This document shows, one piece after another, positions 1 to 10,259 of a stretch of 35,274 nucleotides of DNA (position 1 is its first letter; each line of letters begins with the position of its first letter). The translations under genes and the position numbers were made by a program. The notes beneath the pieces are model-generated. The model was not told the origin of the DNA. It saw nothing but the letters and a program-made list of their open reading frames with translations, and searched no databases. The DNA comes from Chiloscyllium plagiosum (Eukaryota). Where the stretch lies: assembly GCF_004010195.1 (NCBI RefSeq), contig NC_057749.1, forward strand, positions 21,352,422-21,387,695. Direction: 5' to 3'.

Positions 1-320
1 CAACATTTCAATTCCCCCTCCCACTCCACCAAGGATATGCAGGTCTTTGGACTCCTCCATCGCCAGACCACAACAACACGACGGTTGGAGGAAGAGCGCC
101 TCATCTTCCGCCTAGGAACCCTCCAACCACAAGGGATGAACTCGGATTTCACCAGTTTCCTAATTTCCCCCAAGTCCCTCCTCCCTACCTTTTATCTTAG
201 CCTGCTGGACACACTTTCCTCATTCCTGAAGAAGGGCTTATGCCCGAAACGTCGATTCTCCTGTTCCCTGGATGCTGCCTGACCTGCTGCGCTTTTCCAG
301 CAACACATTTTCAGCTCTGA
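1..320 (+). mobile_element. Penelope-like element 3' end (GIY-YIG endonuclease C-terminus plus pLTR)
   Basis: ORF 37..282 reads GLLHRQ...RRLEEERLIFRLGTLQPQGMNSDF, typical of the PLE endonuclease C-terminus. A hammerhead motif and the gatgctgcctgacctgctg tail follow. Confidence 0.8.
222..257 (+). ncRNA. Minimal type I hammerhead ribozyme (PLE-associated), helix I imperfect
   Basis: ctgaaga-a-gggc(ttat)gccc-gaaa-cgtc: core boxes, stem II and palindromic ACGT helix III. Confidence 0.65.
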
Positions 321-479
321 AAAACCTATTAGCCATGATTGAAAGGCAGAACAGACTCGATAGGCTGAATGGCCTAATTTCTGCTCCTACATCTCATGGT
401 TTTATGAATGCTCCCTTCCACTGTCCTCTCCCCCCTCTCCTCCTCCCCCCCCGCCCCCCACCTAATCCCATCCATCAAC

Positions 480-1145
480 AACCAATTTCTGTCTGAGAGG
501 GAGATAATGGAACCAAATTGATATAATCACACTCTCTCCCTCTCTCCGCTCCCCACACAAATGCACACAATCTCTCTCTCTCCCACACACACACACTCTC
601 TATCTCTCTCTCCTTCACATGCATGCACACACATGTAGAAGTCAATGGGGTGAATTTGTATTGGCAGAATTGTAGTTGCAGATACAGACTATTTTGTTCA
701 AAAAGCACACAATCTGTAGGCAGGCAATATTTTTCATAATCCATATGACATTTTATAAATTTCTCCTTTGGATTAGAACCAGTCTGACTCATGGTTGGGA
801 TACAGACAGACTCTAACCTCACATGCTTAATACATTGAGCTGAGATATCACTTTTTTTTATAAAACCTTAAGTTGTCTCGGGAATACGACTTGAAAGAAG
901 TTCTGGGATATACATATTATTGACTTGAAACCTGCAACCCACTCTAAAAGATGAAAGACTTATCAGCAATCTAGGTTTGTTCAATATATCACTTCAGTTG
1001 GATGACACTTTGATCTATCACTATAAATTCTGTGTCCTAATATCCTGCTCCACTAGCTACCTGATGAAAGAGCAGCGCTCCGATAACTAGTGCTTCTAAA
1101 TAAACCGGTTGGACTATAACCTGGTACTGTGTAATTTTTCACTTA
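480..1145 (+). mobile_element. PLE 3' region, second family, with degenerate hammerhead at about 1057-1092
   Basis: ctgatgaaagagcagcgctccgataactagtgc...ggactataacctgg matches the copy at 10467-10547. Includes CT/CA microsatellite-like tracts. Confidence 0.6.
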
Positions 1146-1188
1146 ATCCTAAAGAGACAGGCAAGAGGAAGTGAACCTGAATGGGAAA

Positions 1189-1364
1189 AATTCTGCATAC
1201 CTGCCCCTTGACATGCTGTTACACTCCCCTCCGTGGGATAACTGAGTAATTCTGCATACCTGCTCCTGACATGCTGTCACACTCCCCTCTGTGCGATAAC
1301 TGAATAATTCTGCATACCCTGCCCTTGACATGCTGTCACATTCCCCTCTGTGGGATAACTGAAT
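1189..1364. repeat. Three tandem copies of a 58-59 bp unit
   Basis: Units 1189-1247, 1248-1305 and 1306-1364, each aattctgcatacc...gacatgctgtYacaYtcccct...gataactga. Confidence 0.95.
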
Positions 1365-1379
1365 AGCCACAGCGTTCAG

Positions 1380-2865
1380 AACAAATCTCCAACTTCACCT
1401 ATCTTCTGGTGAGAATAGAATTGGAGTAACACCTGGCTAGTGGATCATTGTCTATGTCTGTTGTATTGAATTCCTGAATGTTTTCACTCTGGAATGCAGC
1501 AGGATCAGTAAAACTCTGCGCTGCAGCAACATTCTGACGTGAACCCACTGCACCTCTATTCTAAAATAAAAAAAAAAACAATCAATCATTTGCAAGGAAA
1601 CAAGATTTGCATAGAGTACTCACTTTGTGACTTGACTGCGACTCTTGGGAATATAACTTGAGATACAAAGCTCTTGGCCTCTCGTCTATCCTGATCTCAG
1701 CTCAACAACTAGTTTCAGTGTCTGACAGGGAGCCACTCCTTCTCGTGAAACTCTAGAACTCCAATTAATTACACATCCAAGTTCGGAAGTACGTGTTCGA
1801 GTTGTCAGTATCCCCTCTGATCCTTCTGCCAAGTTTCATTGAGCATCAGCCAACGGCTGTGCAGAGATTTACATATGAATCCACTCAGTGCCCAAGTGCT
1901 GCCTAGGGAGGGTAGGAAACCGCGTGTTAAGGTTTTAACAACAGGGGGCAAAACAGTGTGGAAGGGGTTTCCACTTTATCAAAGCGCTGTTCGCCAGGAC
2001 AGGATGTTCCTTAGTGCTGTAGCACTGACATGGGCAAAACAGTGTCGCAGCCTGACAGCAAATATCCAGGAACAGCAGTGTGACAATGTGTCTCTTTGGG
2101 ACGTTGGTTAAGGGTTGCCTTCTGGGGACAGGCGTTGTGAAATTCTCCCCCTGCTCTTCGAATTGTTGGAGTATTTCACTCCCTTCAGAATTTGGCAGCA
2201 GGATTTGGTTAAATGCCCATTTACAGTACTCTTTATTTTCTATGATTCATATATCAGGTGGCCCTTATCCCTCTGCATTTTGCAATCTCTCTGTGATGTT
2301 TAGTTTTTCCAGCCTCTCTCTATTTCGGTGTTAGCTGGGTGAGGCGAGGCAGTTTTGGTTCTGAACCAGCTCAGAATACCTTTTTGTTTTCTCTCATTCT
2401 TAAACTGTCAAAATGGCACCGGATTATGGCGACAAATTAAATGTTTTTTAACTGCATTTTGTTGCATTTGGTTGTGGGGGGGGGGTGAATGGTGGCTCAG
2501 TGGTTGGCACTGCTACCTCACAATGCCAAGGACCCAGGTTTGATTCCAGCCACTGTGTGGAGTTTGCTCATTTTCCCTGTGTTTCCTCCCCCAGTCCAAA
2601 GGTGTGCAGGTTAGGTGGTTTGGCCAGGTTAAATTGCCCATAGTGTCAAGGGATGTGCAGGCTAGGTGGGTTAGCCATGGGAAATGCAGGGTTACAGGGA
2701 TGGGGTGGGTCAGTGTGGACTCAATGGGCCTAATGGCCTTTTTCCACACAGTAGGGATTTAATGATACAATAAATCATCATTCATTCAAAATGTACATTT
2801 ACCTCTTACCTCCGTTGGCAATACCCCTGTGAAGGCTCCCTACTTCCTCTTGACAAATTCTTTCA
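1380..2865 (-). pseudogene. Unidentified decayed ORFs downstream of the hexon-like gene, probably accessory/core genes of the viral element
   Basis: Unique non-TE sequence with long, partly open minus frames (for example IIENKEYCKWAFNQILLPNSEGSEILQQFEEQG and VKTLTRGFLPSLGSTWALSG). A SINE interrupts it at 2485-2760. Confidence 0.3.
2485..2760 (+). mobile_element. HE1-type V-SINE (degenerate)
   Basis: tRNA-like head ggtggctcagtggttggcactgc, V-domain gtgtggagtttgc, tail tttccacacagtagggatt. Confidence 0.85.
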
Positions 2866-3480
2866 AAAACGAAAACAGAAATCACTGGGAAGATTCAGCA
2901 CGTCTGGCAGCACCTGTGGAGAGAAAGCAGAGTTACTCTTAACTGAAGCCCCAGTCCGAAAGAAGGGTCACTGGACGAAATGTTAACTTTGCTTTCATTA
3001 TCGAATCATAGAATCCCTACAGTGTGGAACCAGGCCATTCGGCCTAACAAGTCCACACTGACTCTCCGAAGAGTATCCAACCCAGACCCATTCTCCTCCC
3101 TTATTACTCTACATTTACCCCTGACTAATGCACCTAGCCTACACATCCCTCCATTCGGCCTAACAAGTCCACACTGACTCTCCGAAGAGTATCCAACCCA
3201 GACCCATTCTCCTCCCTTATTACTCTACATTTCCCCTGACTAATGCACCTAGCCTACACATCCCTGAACACTATGGGCAATTTAGCACGGCCAATTCACT
3301 CTGACCTGCACATCTTTGGATTGTGGGAGGAAACCCACGCAGACATGGGGAGAATGCACAAACTCAACACAGGCTGGCACCCGAGGCTGGAATCGAACCC
3401 AGGTCCCTGGCACTGTGAGTATCTCTCCACAGATACTGCCAGACCTGCTGTTTCTGTTTTCTCAAAGGAATTTCTGTTTT
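2865..3480. mobile_element. Inverted PLE-end element with a nested minus-strand HE1 SINE (about 3005-3420)
   Basis: The arm gtctggcagcacctgtggagaga is the inverse of tctctccacagatactgccagac. The SINE carries a tandem duplication, 3035-3150 / 3151-3265. Confidence 0.7.
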
Positions 3481-3669
3481 GCTTTTTTTTCTGTATTTTG
3501 GTGTTTCTTTTTACTTTCTTACCAATTTTGGAACATCATTGAAGGCCGCAGGACATGTAGAGGAAACAGTTTGTACAGAATACAGTATCCTGGGTTTTAT
3601 TATCGGGACATAAGAGTATAAGAGTAAGGAGATGATGCTGAGTCGCAGCCCTAAATCTTGCTGTCTATA

Positions 3670-4350
3670 AGACCGTAAGATATAGGAGCAGAATGAGGCC
3701 ATTTGGCCCATCAAATCTGCTCTGCCATTCAATCATGGCTGATTGCTTTCTCAACCCCATTCTCCTGTCTTCTCCCCGTAACCATTGACTCCCTTACCAA
3801 CCAAGAGCCTCTGTCTCTATTTTAAAAGCGCTCAATGACTTGGCTTCCACAGCTCATCTCAGTTCTAAAGGGTCATCCCTTCATTCTGAGGGTGCACTCT
3901 CAAGTTCGAGTCTCTCCTGCTAGTGGAATCACCTTCTCCAAGCCCACTCTAATGAGGCCTCTCAGTATCCTGTAAGTTTCATTCAAATCACTCCACATCC
4001 TTCTAAACTCCATCGTGAGCAGACCCAGACTCCTCAACTGCTCCCCATATGACAAGCCAGGATCATTCATGTCAACCTCTTCTGCAACCCCTCCAAGGCC
4101 AGCACATCCTTCCTTAGATATCGGGGTCAAGACTGCTCACAATATTCCAAATGCAGTTTGACCAGAGCCTGAAACAGCTTCAGCACGTCCATTCCAGCCC
4201 TGTATTCCAGCCCCCTTGAAACAAATGCATTTACCTTCCTAATAGCAAACTGAACCGCTATATTAGCCTTAAGACAGTCCTGAACTAGGACTCCCAAGTC
4301 TCTTTGCGCTTTCGATTTCCGAAGCCTTGCGCCATTTTGAAATACTTTCT
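3670..4350 (-). mobile_element. CR1-like LINE 3' fragment
   Basis: Minus ORF reads GLSYGEQLRSLGLLTMEFRRMWSDLNETYRILRG (CR1 ORF2 C-terminus), followed by 3' UTR. Confidence 0.85.
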
Positions 4351-4426
4351 TGCAAGAATCCCAAATCCTTTCTGAGGGAGTTCAGTCCTCCCCTCCTAAC
4401 CCACTCAGCCATCACTTGAGAAGTGG

Positions 4427-4631
4427 GTGTAGATTAGAGTGGTGCTGGAAAAGCACAGCAGGTCAGGCAGCATCCGAGGAGCAGGAAAATCGACGTTTCG
4501 GGCAAAAGTCCTTCATCCAGAATGGATACAACTTTGATTTTCCTGCTCCTCGGATGCTGCCTGACCTGCTGTGCTTTTCCAGCACCACTCTAATCCAGAC
4601 TCTGATCTCCAGTATCTGCAGTACCTACTTT
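4427..4631. mobile_element. Short fold-back PLE-derived insertion with TSD
   Basis: About 60 bp inverted arms (4433-4493 / 4536-4596). Flanking duplication agccatcaYttgagaaKtgg at 4407-4426 and 4632-4651. Confidence 0.85.
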
Positions 4632-4904
4632 AGCCATCATTTGAGAATTGGCCGGTAAAACATGCCACAAGAGGTTTTTTTTCCCTCAAAGAAGTGGTTT
4701 ATAAGAACTGGTTTTGTGGTTCCATGACTGAGAGTCATACAGACAAGATCCTCCCTCAATCCCATCAGATCGGTCAAGTCAGACCCAATCTGAAGGCCGA
4801 ACAAACTATCCTTTCTGGGGACTTCCTTTTTCCAGGTGAAGCACTTCACATCAGCGTTTGAATATTTTGATTGAGAAGACATTGTTTAAATAGTTAGTTG
4901 TCAT

Positions 4905-5125
4905 TTTTTTTCTCTCAGATGGTCTTTGGAATTCCCTTCCTCAAAACATAGTGGAATCAGCATCTTTAAATATTTGTGAGGCAGAGGGTGATAGATTCTT
5001 GATGACCAAGAGGGTGAAAGTTTGTCGGGAGGATGTTTCAAAAAGAGGTTAAAATCAGATCAGCCATAATCTTACTGAATGGGAAAGCAGGCTGTCAGAA
5101 CTGAATGGTCTACATTTGTTCCGTT
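4905..5125 (+). mobile_element. Old CR1-like 3' end fragment
   Basis: tggaattcccttcctc...gatagattcttg...agatcagccat...gaatgg CR1 3' pattern. Confidence 0.65.
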
Positions 5126-5212
5126 TTTGTGTAGAACGGGTGAGCATTTGCTGTGGCAATGGTTGTAATTTTATTCAACTCTCCCACAACTCTTGGTTCA
5201 TGTTTTCTTTTC

Positions 5213-5860
5213 CCTCCCTGCTATTGGAAAGACGTTGTGAAACTTGAAAGGGTTCAGAAAAGATTTACAAGGATGTTGCCAGGGCTGGAGTGTTTGAGCT
5301 ATAGGGAGAGGTTGATTAGGCTGGGGCTGTTTTCCCTGGAGCATCGGAGGTTGAGGGGTGACCTTACAGAGGTTTATAAAATCATGAGGGGCATGGATAG
5401 GGTGAATAGACATCGTTTTACAGACCAGCTCCCATCGTTTTACAGACCAGATCACATCGTTTTACACACCAGCTCCCATTGCTTAATGGACCAGCTTCCA
5501 TCACTTTACAGACCAGATCCCATCTCTTTTCCCTGGGTTGGGGGAGTCCAGAACTAGAGGGCACAGGTTTAGGGTGAGAGGGGATAGACTTAAAAGGGTA
5601 CTAAGGGGCAACATTTTCATGCAGAGGGTGGTATGTGTATGGAATGAGCTGCCCAAGGAAGTGGTGGAGGCTGGTACAATCACAGCATTTAAAATGTATC
5701 TGGATGGGTATATGAAGAGTAAGGATTTAGAGAGATATGGGCCAACTGCTGGCAAGTGGAACTAGATTTATGTTGTCTATCCAGTCCACATGGACAATTT
5801 GAACTGAAAGGTCTGTTTCCATGCTGTACATTTCTATGACTCTATGACTCTACGACTCTA
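5213..5860 (+). mobile_element. CR1/HER1 LINE 3' fragment with a minisatellite insertion at about 5410-5523
   Basis: KDVVKLERVQKRFTRMLPGLE...RLRGDLTEVYKIMRG and ESRTRGHRFRVRG...WNELP; tail of ctatgact repeats. Confidence 0.9.
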
Positions 5861-6189
5861 GGTTTGTAGAGGAAATGAGGCAAATCGTTTCTTTGTATTG
5901 GATGGTAAGGACGTTCTGAACTTCTGCTGGGAGGGAGCATGTTCACATAAGACTGAAACTTTCCGGGTCCTGCACCCAGCCCATTGACATTGACAAGGTG
6001 GAATTTACCTCGTGCTATAACAGGGCAAGCAGTCTGCAGTGGCCAAAAAAATCATTTAACAGACCGTTGGTAACTGGAAATGTGTTTGTTGATTATTTTG
6101 GTATGTCATGTTGAGGTATCCAGGAGCAGTTGGACCTGCAGGCGTGATTTACAGGTTAAGCTGCTTCTTTGTTCCAGCCCTGTAAGGCG

Positions 6190-6950
6190 ATGGAATCTGA
6201 CCCTGTGAAGGGATGGGAGCTGGTCTGTGAAGGGGTGGAAGCTGGTCTGTAAAGGGATGGGAGATGGTCCGAAAAGGGATGGGAGCTGTGTCTGTGAAGG
6301 GATGGGAGCTGGGTCTGTGAAGGGATGGGAGCTGGGTCTGTAAAAGGATGGGAGCTGGGTCTGTAAAGGGATGGGAGCTGGGTCTGTGAAGGGATGGCAG
6401 CTGGGTCTGTGAAGGGGTGGGAGCTGGGTCTGTGAAGGGATGGGAGCTGGTCTGTGATGGGATGGGAGTTGGGTCTGTGAAGGGATGGGAGCTGGTCTGT
6501 AAAGGGGTGGGAGCTGGGTCTGTGAAGGGATGGGAGCTGGTCTGTGATGGGATGGGAGTTGGGTCTGTAAAGGGATGGGAGCTGGTCTGTAAAGGGATGG
6601 GAGCTGGTCTGTAAAGGGGTGGGAGCTGGTCTGTAAAGGGATGGGAGCTGGTCTGTGATGGGATGGGAGCTGGTCTGTAAAGGGGTGGGAGCTGGTCTGT
6701 AAAGAGATGGGAGCTGTGTCTGTAATGAGGTGGGAGTTGGTCTGTAAAGAGATGGGAATTTGGTCTGTAAAGAGTTGGGAGCTATGTCTGTAATGAGATG
6801 GGAGTTGGTCTGTAATAAGATGGGAGCTGGGTCTATAAAGAGATGGGAGCTGGTCTGTAAAATGATGGGGAGCTGGTCTGTGAAGGGATGGGGTCTGACT
6901 CTAAACGGATTGTGTCTGGTGTGTAAAGGGATGGCTCTGACTCTGTAAAG
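6190..6950. repeat. G-rich minisatellite, 22-23 bp unit (gggatgggagctggtctgtaaa), roughly 30-35 copies
   Basis: Direct tandem periodicity, decaying towards the right end. Confidence 0.95.
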
Positions 6951-7242
6951 CGATGAGATGCTGAACTGGTGATAATCTCTCCATAGAATGTGTAACCTCT
7001 CCAAATGTTGCCACCATCAGGTACCTTTCAGCACCAATGTCTGATCATCTTCCCCATTTCCCCATGCCTGGGGGGTCATTGTGCCTAATTTGAGGGGGCT
7101 ATCAATTCACATTGTATCAATTCTGAAGTTTGGGTCACAGGTCAAAGGGCAAAGTGGTGCAACTAGACAAGAATCCCAAGCCCACTCTGTCCAAGAGAGA
7201 CCTCATCGACCGATTATGGGGTGGCAAAGCTGCTGAGGTGGG

Positions 7243-7500
7243 GAGCAGGCCATTTGCTCATCAATTCCACACCAACCTTCCAAACAGCATCCCTACCCAG
7301 ACCCAACCTCTTACTTTGTCCTTGCATTTCCCGTGGCTCATCCATCTAGCCTGCACATCCCTAGACACTATGGGAAATTTAGCACAGCCAATCCACCCTA
7401 ACCTGCACATCTTTCGAGTGCGGGAGGAAACCGGAGACAGAATGTGCAATCTCCATACCACCTAAGACCGGGGATCCCTGGCACGGTGAGGCACCAATGC
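7243..7500 (-). mobile_element. HE1-type SINE (degenerate)
   Basis: Reverse complement of the HE1 core and tail; interrupts the hexon-like gene. Confidence 0.8.
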
Positions 7501-7812
7501 TCATTGGCCCCTAATTCCTGAATCAATGTCGTTGGTGTTGTGGAATCCAGTTTGAAGAGATACCCCCCGCTAACTTTATTTGGAGCCAATCCTCTGGTCA
7601 ATATGCAACAGTTTGGGGAAATTTCCCCCTGGGGAAATGATGCCGATTCCTGTTTGACCCCGACATCTGGATTCACCACACCCACGGTCTTGAAGGTGGT
7701 GCAGCTGACAGAATAGCTCACTGTATGCCACCTGATGGTGACACAGGCCTCTGGGGTAGAGTTTGGACCCACAGTCCATCCCTCGAAGTGACTCACAGGC
7801 CCACTGAATGTT

Positions 7813-8043
7813 AGATTAGATTACATTACAATGTGGAAACAGGCCCTTCGGCCCAACAAGTCCACACCGACCCACCGAAGNNNNNNNNNNNNNNNNNNNN
7901 NNNNNNNNNNNNNNNNNNNNNNNNNNNNNNNNNNNNNNNNNNACGTGCAAACTCCACACAGTCAGTCGCCTGAGGCGGGAATTGAACCCGGGTCTCAGGC
8001 GCTGTGAGGCAGCAGTGCTAATCACTGTGCCACCGTGCCGCCC
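7813..8043 (-). mobile_element. Young HE1 SINE spanning an assembly gap (N run 7881-7942)
   Basis: Head and tail closely match the copy at 9772-10078. Possible TSD atgtt at 7808-7812 / 8044-8048. Confidence 0.9.
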
Positions 8044-8289
8044 ATGTTCTCTCAGTTTGTTTTGTTTCTGATTAAACTATGAGCAAGTTTAATTACCATG
8101 AAGGGACTTAGAACGAATTACCAATAAATCTAAGTGTGTCACGACAGAGTAAGATCCTGTCCATATTCTTCAGTAATATCAACATGAGGAAACTACCAAG
8201 CATTGGAGTTAGCAATTCAGGGAGGTTAGTCATAAAGAATAAATTAGTCAACTGATTTTAAAATGGTGTCCTCCTCTGTTTATTATTTT

Positions 8290-8805
8290 AAGGGGATATA
8301 TTATGTGGTCTATACAGCTCTAGAAATTATTATATTACATGCAATAAAGAATATTGAGATGTTCTGTCTCCACAGCCTGTCAAGAGGAATTCTGAAATGG
8401 ATTTAAAACTATACCCTAATGTTCAGCTTCAATTGCTCATCATAAAACCCTTTATCTTTGTTTTATGGTTGATGGACTGAGTCCATCACAGTTGGATTAA
8501 CTGTTACTCTTTGTAAAAGTCAAATTGATACTGCAGCGATGTATCATTGCTCTTTAATGCTGAGAGTAATAAAGGTCATTATTGTCTCTCAATCAGCAAA
8601 AAAAAAGTCTCGTGTGCATAAATCAGATCCCGGAGGAATATTCCTCCCTCTATGGTGTATGCAGGGCGCATTTACACAGGGACTCAGCTGCTTTCTAGGG
8701 ACCACTGGGAGGTGCTCACTTAACCAAGTGGGAGATAGTGGGGGCTGAATTGGACAGTGCACTATTGGCTTGTGAGGCACAATTATCCTCTCCCCATTCA
8801 ATGAA
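8290..8805 (+). pseudogene. Possible adenain-like cysteine protease remnant
   Basis: Frameshifted reading CIIAL/FNAESNKGHYCL (GHY 8574-8582), then DPGG (8626-8637), then QVGDS (from 8725), then NWTVHYWL. This follows the N..GxHW..FDxxG..Q..CG spacing of adenain-family proteases. No intact catalytic Cys codon. Lies between the penton-like and hexon-like genes. Confidence 0.4.
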
Positions 8806-8809
8806 ATGT

Positions 8810-9340
8810 AGAAAGAGAGAGAGAGTTAATATCGGTTCTGAAGGAGAGTTGCACTGGACTTGAAATGTCAACTCGGTTTCTCTCTCCACAGATGCTGCCA
8901 GACCTGCTGAGTTTCTCCAGCACTTTCTGGTTTTGTTTCAGGACCCCAGCTCCCGTAGTTAATGGTTTTGTTTTATTATGTTGGATTCGTGTGTTCTTCA
9001 GTAACACACAAAACGGTTACGAGGTTAAAGCCAGCCAGGGCTTCATAAACAGGAATATACACTGATACTGCCGGAGAAACTCAGCAGGTCTGGCAGCATC
9101 TGTGGAGAGAGAAAAACAGAGTCTGGGTCTGATGCTGCTGAGCTTTTCCAGCAACTTCTGTTTTTGTTTCTGATTTACAGCATTCGCTGTTCTTTCGAAT
9201 TTTTTTTTCGATATGATTTGAGTCTGGTATGTCCTGCCTTTGGAATAGAAGTCATCTGAGACTTGACATGTTAGTAGTTTTTCTCTCTCCAAGGGTGCTG
9301 CCGGACCGACTGAGTTTCTCCAGGGCTTTCTGCCCTTATA
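8810..9340. mobile_element. Cluster of short PLE-end fragments in both orientations
   Basis: Repeated tctctccacagatgctgccagacctgctgagtttctccagc and its inverse. Confidence 0.7.
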
Positions 9341-9356
9341 TCACTTTAAGTTTGTT

Positions 9357-9630
9357 TCATCTTATGGAGATAGGATAGGGGAATGGCTGTATTTGGGAGG
9401 TTATCGGGTTAAAATTGAAAAACAGAACCTCAAAGGTAATAATATCGAGATTATTATCTGAGTCAAGAACGAGTGGAGCAGCATAAGTAGGATTACAAAG
9501 TTCATGGTCGGCTGAGTGGTGTGGGAGAAATCCCAATTCAAGGTGCAATGGCAGCAATACAGGAGAAGGTGGGAACTGTACTGTTGGAACTGATTTCACC
9601 TGAACTAAGCTAAGGCCAGTGTTCTGGTGA
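9357..9630 (-). pseudogene. Penton-like minor capsid protein, C-terminal part
   Basis: ORF 9357..9635: HQNTGLSLVQVKSVP...NPTYAAPLVLDSDNNLDIITFEVLFF...PFPYPISIR*, resembling the Polinton mCP C-terminus (PxYxP...IDxIxIxI...PF). Joins in frame to the 17962 segment. Confidence 0.55.
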
Positions 9631-9771
9631 GTCATATACTAATGACTTATACACTTAATGGTAAGGTCCTGGGGTGTATTCCCAAACAAAGAGGCCTTGA
9701 AATGCAGATTCATTGTTCCTTGAAAGTGGAGTTGCAGGTAAATAGGATAGTGAATAAAGCATTTGGTATTT

Positions 9772-10078
9772 TTAGATTACATTACAGTGTGGAAACAGGC
9801 CCTTCGGCCCAACAAGTCCACACCGACCCGCCGAAGCGCAACCCACCCATACCCCTACATTTGCCCCTTACCTAACACTACGGGCAATTTAGCATGGCCA
9901 ATTCACCTGACCTGCACAGCTTTGGACTGTGGGAGGAAACCGGAGCACCCGGAGGAAACCCACGCAGACACGGGGAGAATGTGCAAACTCCACACAGACA
10001 GTTGCCTGAGGCGGGAATTGAACCTGGGTCTCTGGCGCTGCGAGGCAGCAGTGCTAACCACTGTGCCACCGTGCCGCC
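9772..10078 (-). mobile_element. Full-length HE1 V-SINE
   Basis: Head gggcggcacggtggcacagtggttagc, V-domain and LINE-derived tail. TSD-like caYttggta at 9760-9768 / 10079-10087. Confidence 0.95.
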
Positions 10079-10259
10079 CACTTGGTACGCTTGCCATTAT
10101 ATGTCAATGCATTGGGTACAGGAGTTAGGAGGTTATGTTGTGGCTGTACAGGACATTGGTTAAGCCACTTTTGAAATACTGCGTTCAATTTTGGTCTTCC
10201 TGCTATAGAAAAGATGTTGTGAAACTTGAGAGGGTTCAGAAAAGATTTACAAGAATGTT

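Larger units (their letters stand above)
4637..8099 (-). pseudogene. Hexon-like double jelly-roll major capsid protein remnant in six pieces (about 8099-8044, 7812-7500, 7242-6950, 6190-5861, 5212-5125, 4905-4637)
   Basis: Minus-strand motifs in Polinton MCP order: VSHFEGWTVGPNSTPEACVTIRW; APNKVSGGYLFK; WGR*SDIGAERYL (7018-7044, cf. GRLHxDIFxQxKYL); PRVVGELNK...NAHPFYT (cf. NPFxF); SLFGLQIGSDL...LVCMTLSH...KPVLINHFFE (cf. TLFAFDLTPD). Summed length is about 1.35 kb (about 450 codons), typical for an MCP. Stops and frameshifts present. Confidence 0.65.

Noticed and set aside
1189..1364. CRISPR-like array
   Set aside because: Head-to-tail repeats without unique spacers, eukaryotic context, no cas genes.
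1839..2111. TTGGKT as the Walker A of a packaging ATPase
   Set aside because: Lacks GxxGxGK spacing and any downstream Walker B.
1400..2860. Host gene exons on the minus strand (acceptor at 1561, donors at 1623 and 2809, acceptor near 2405)
   Set aside because: Splice-like signals exist, but the implied exons contain stops, one intron would be only 63 bp, and no host protein was recognised. Not fully excluded; RNA-seq would settle it.
6156..7004. 282 aa Pro/Ser/His-rich ORF
   Set aside because: Translation of the 22-23 bp minisatellite; unit length is not a multiple of three.
9990..10078. tRNA genes
   Set aside because: The A/B-box sequences are tRNA-derived SINE heads followed by a V-domain and LINE tail.
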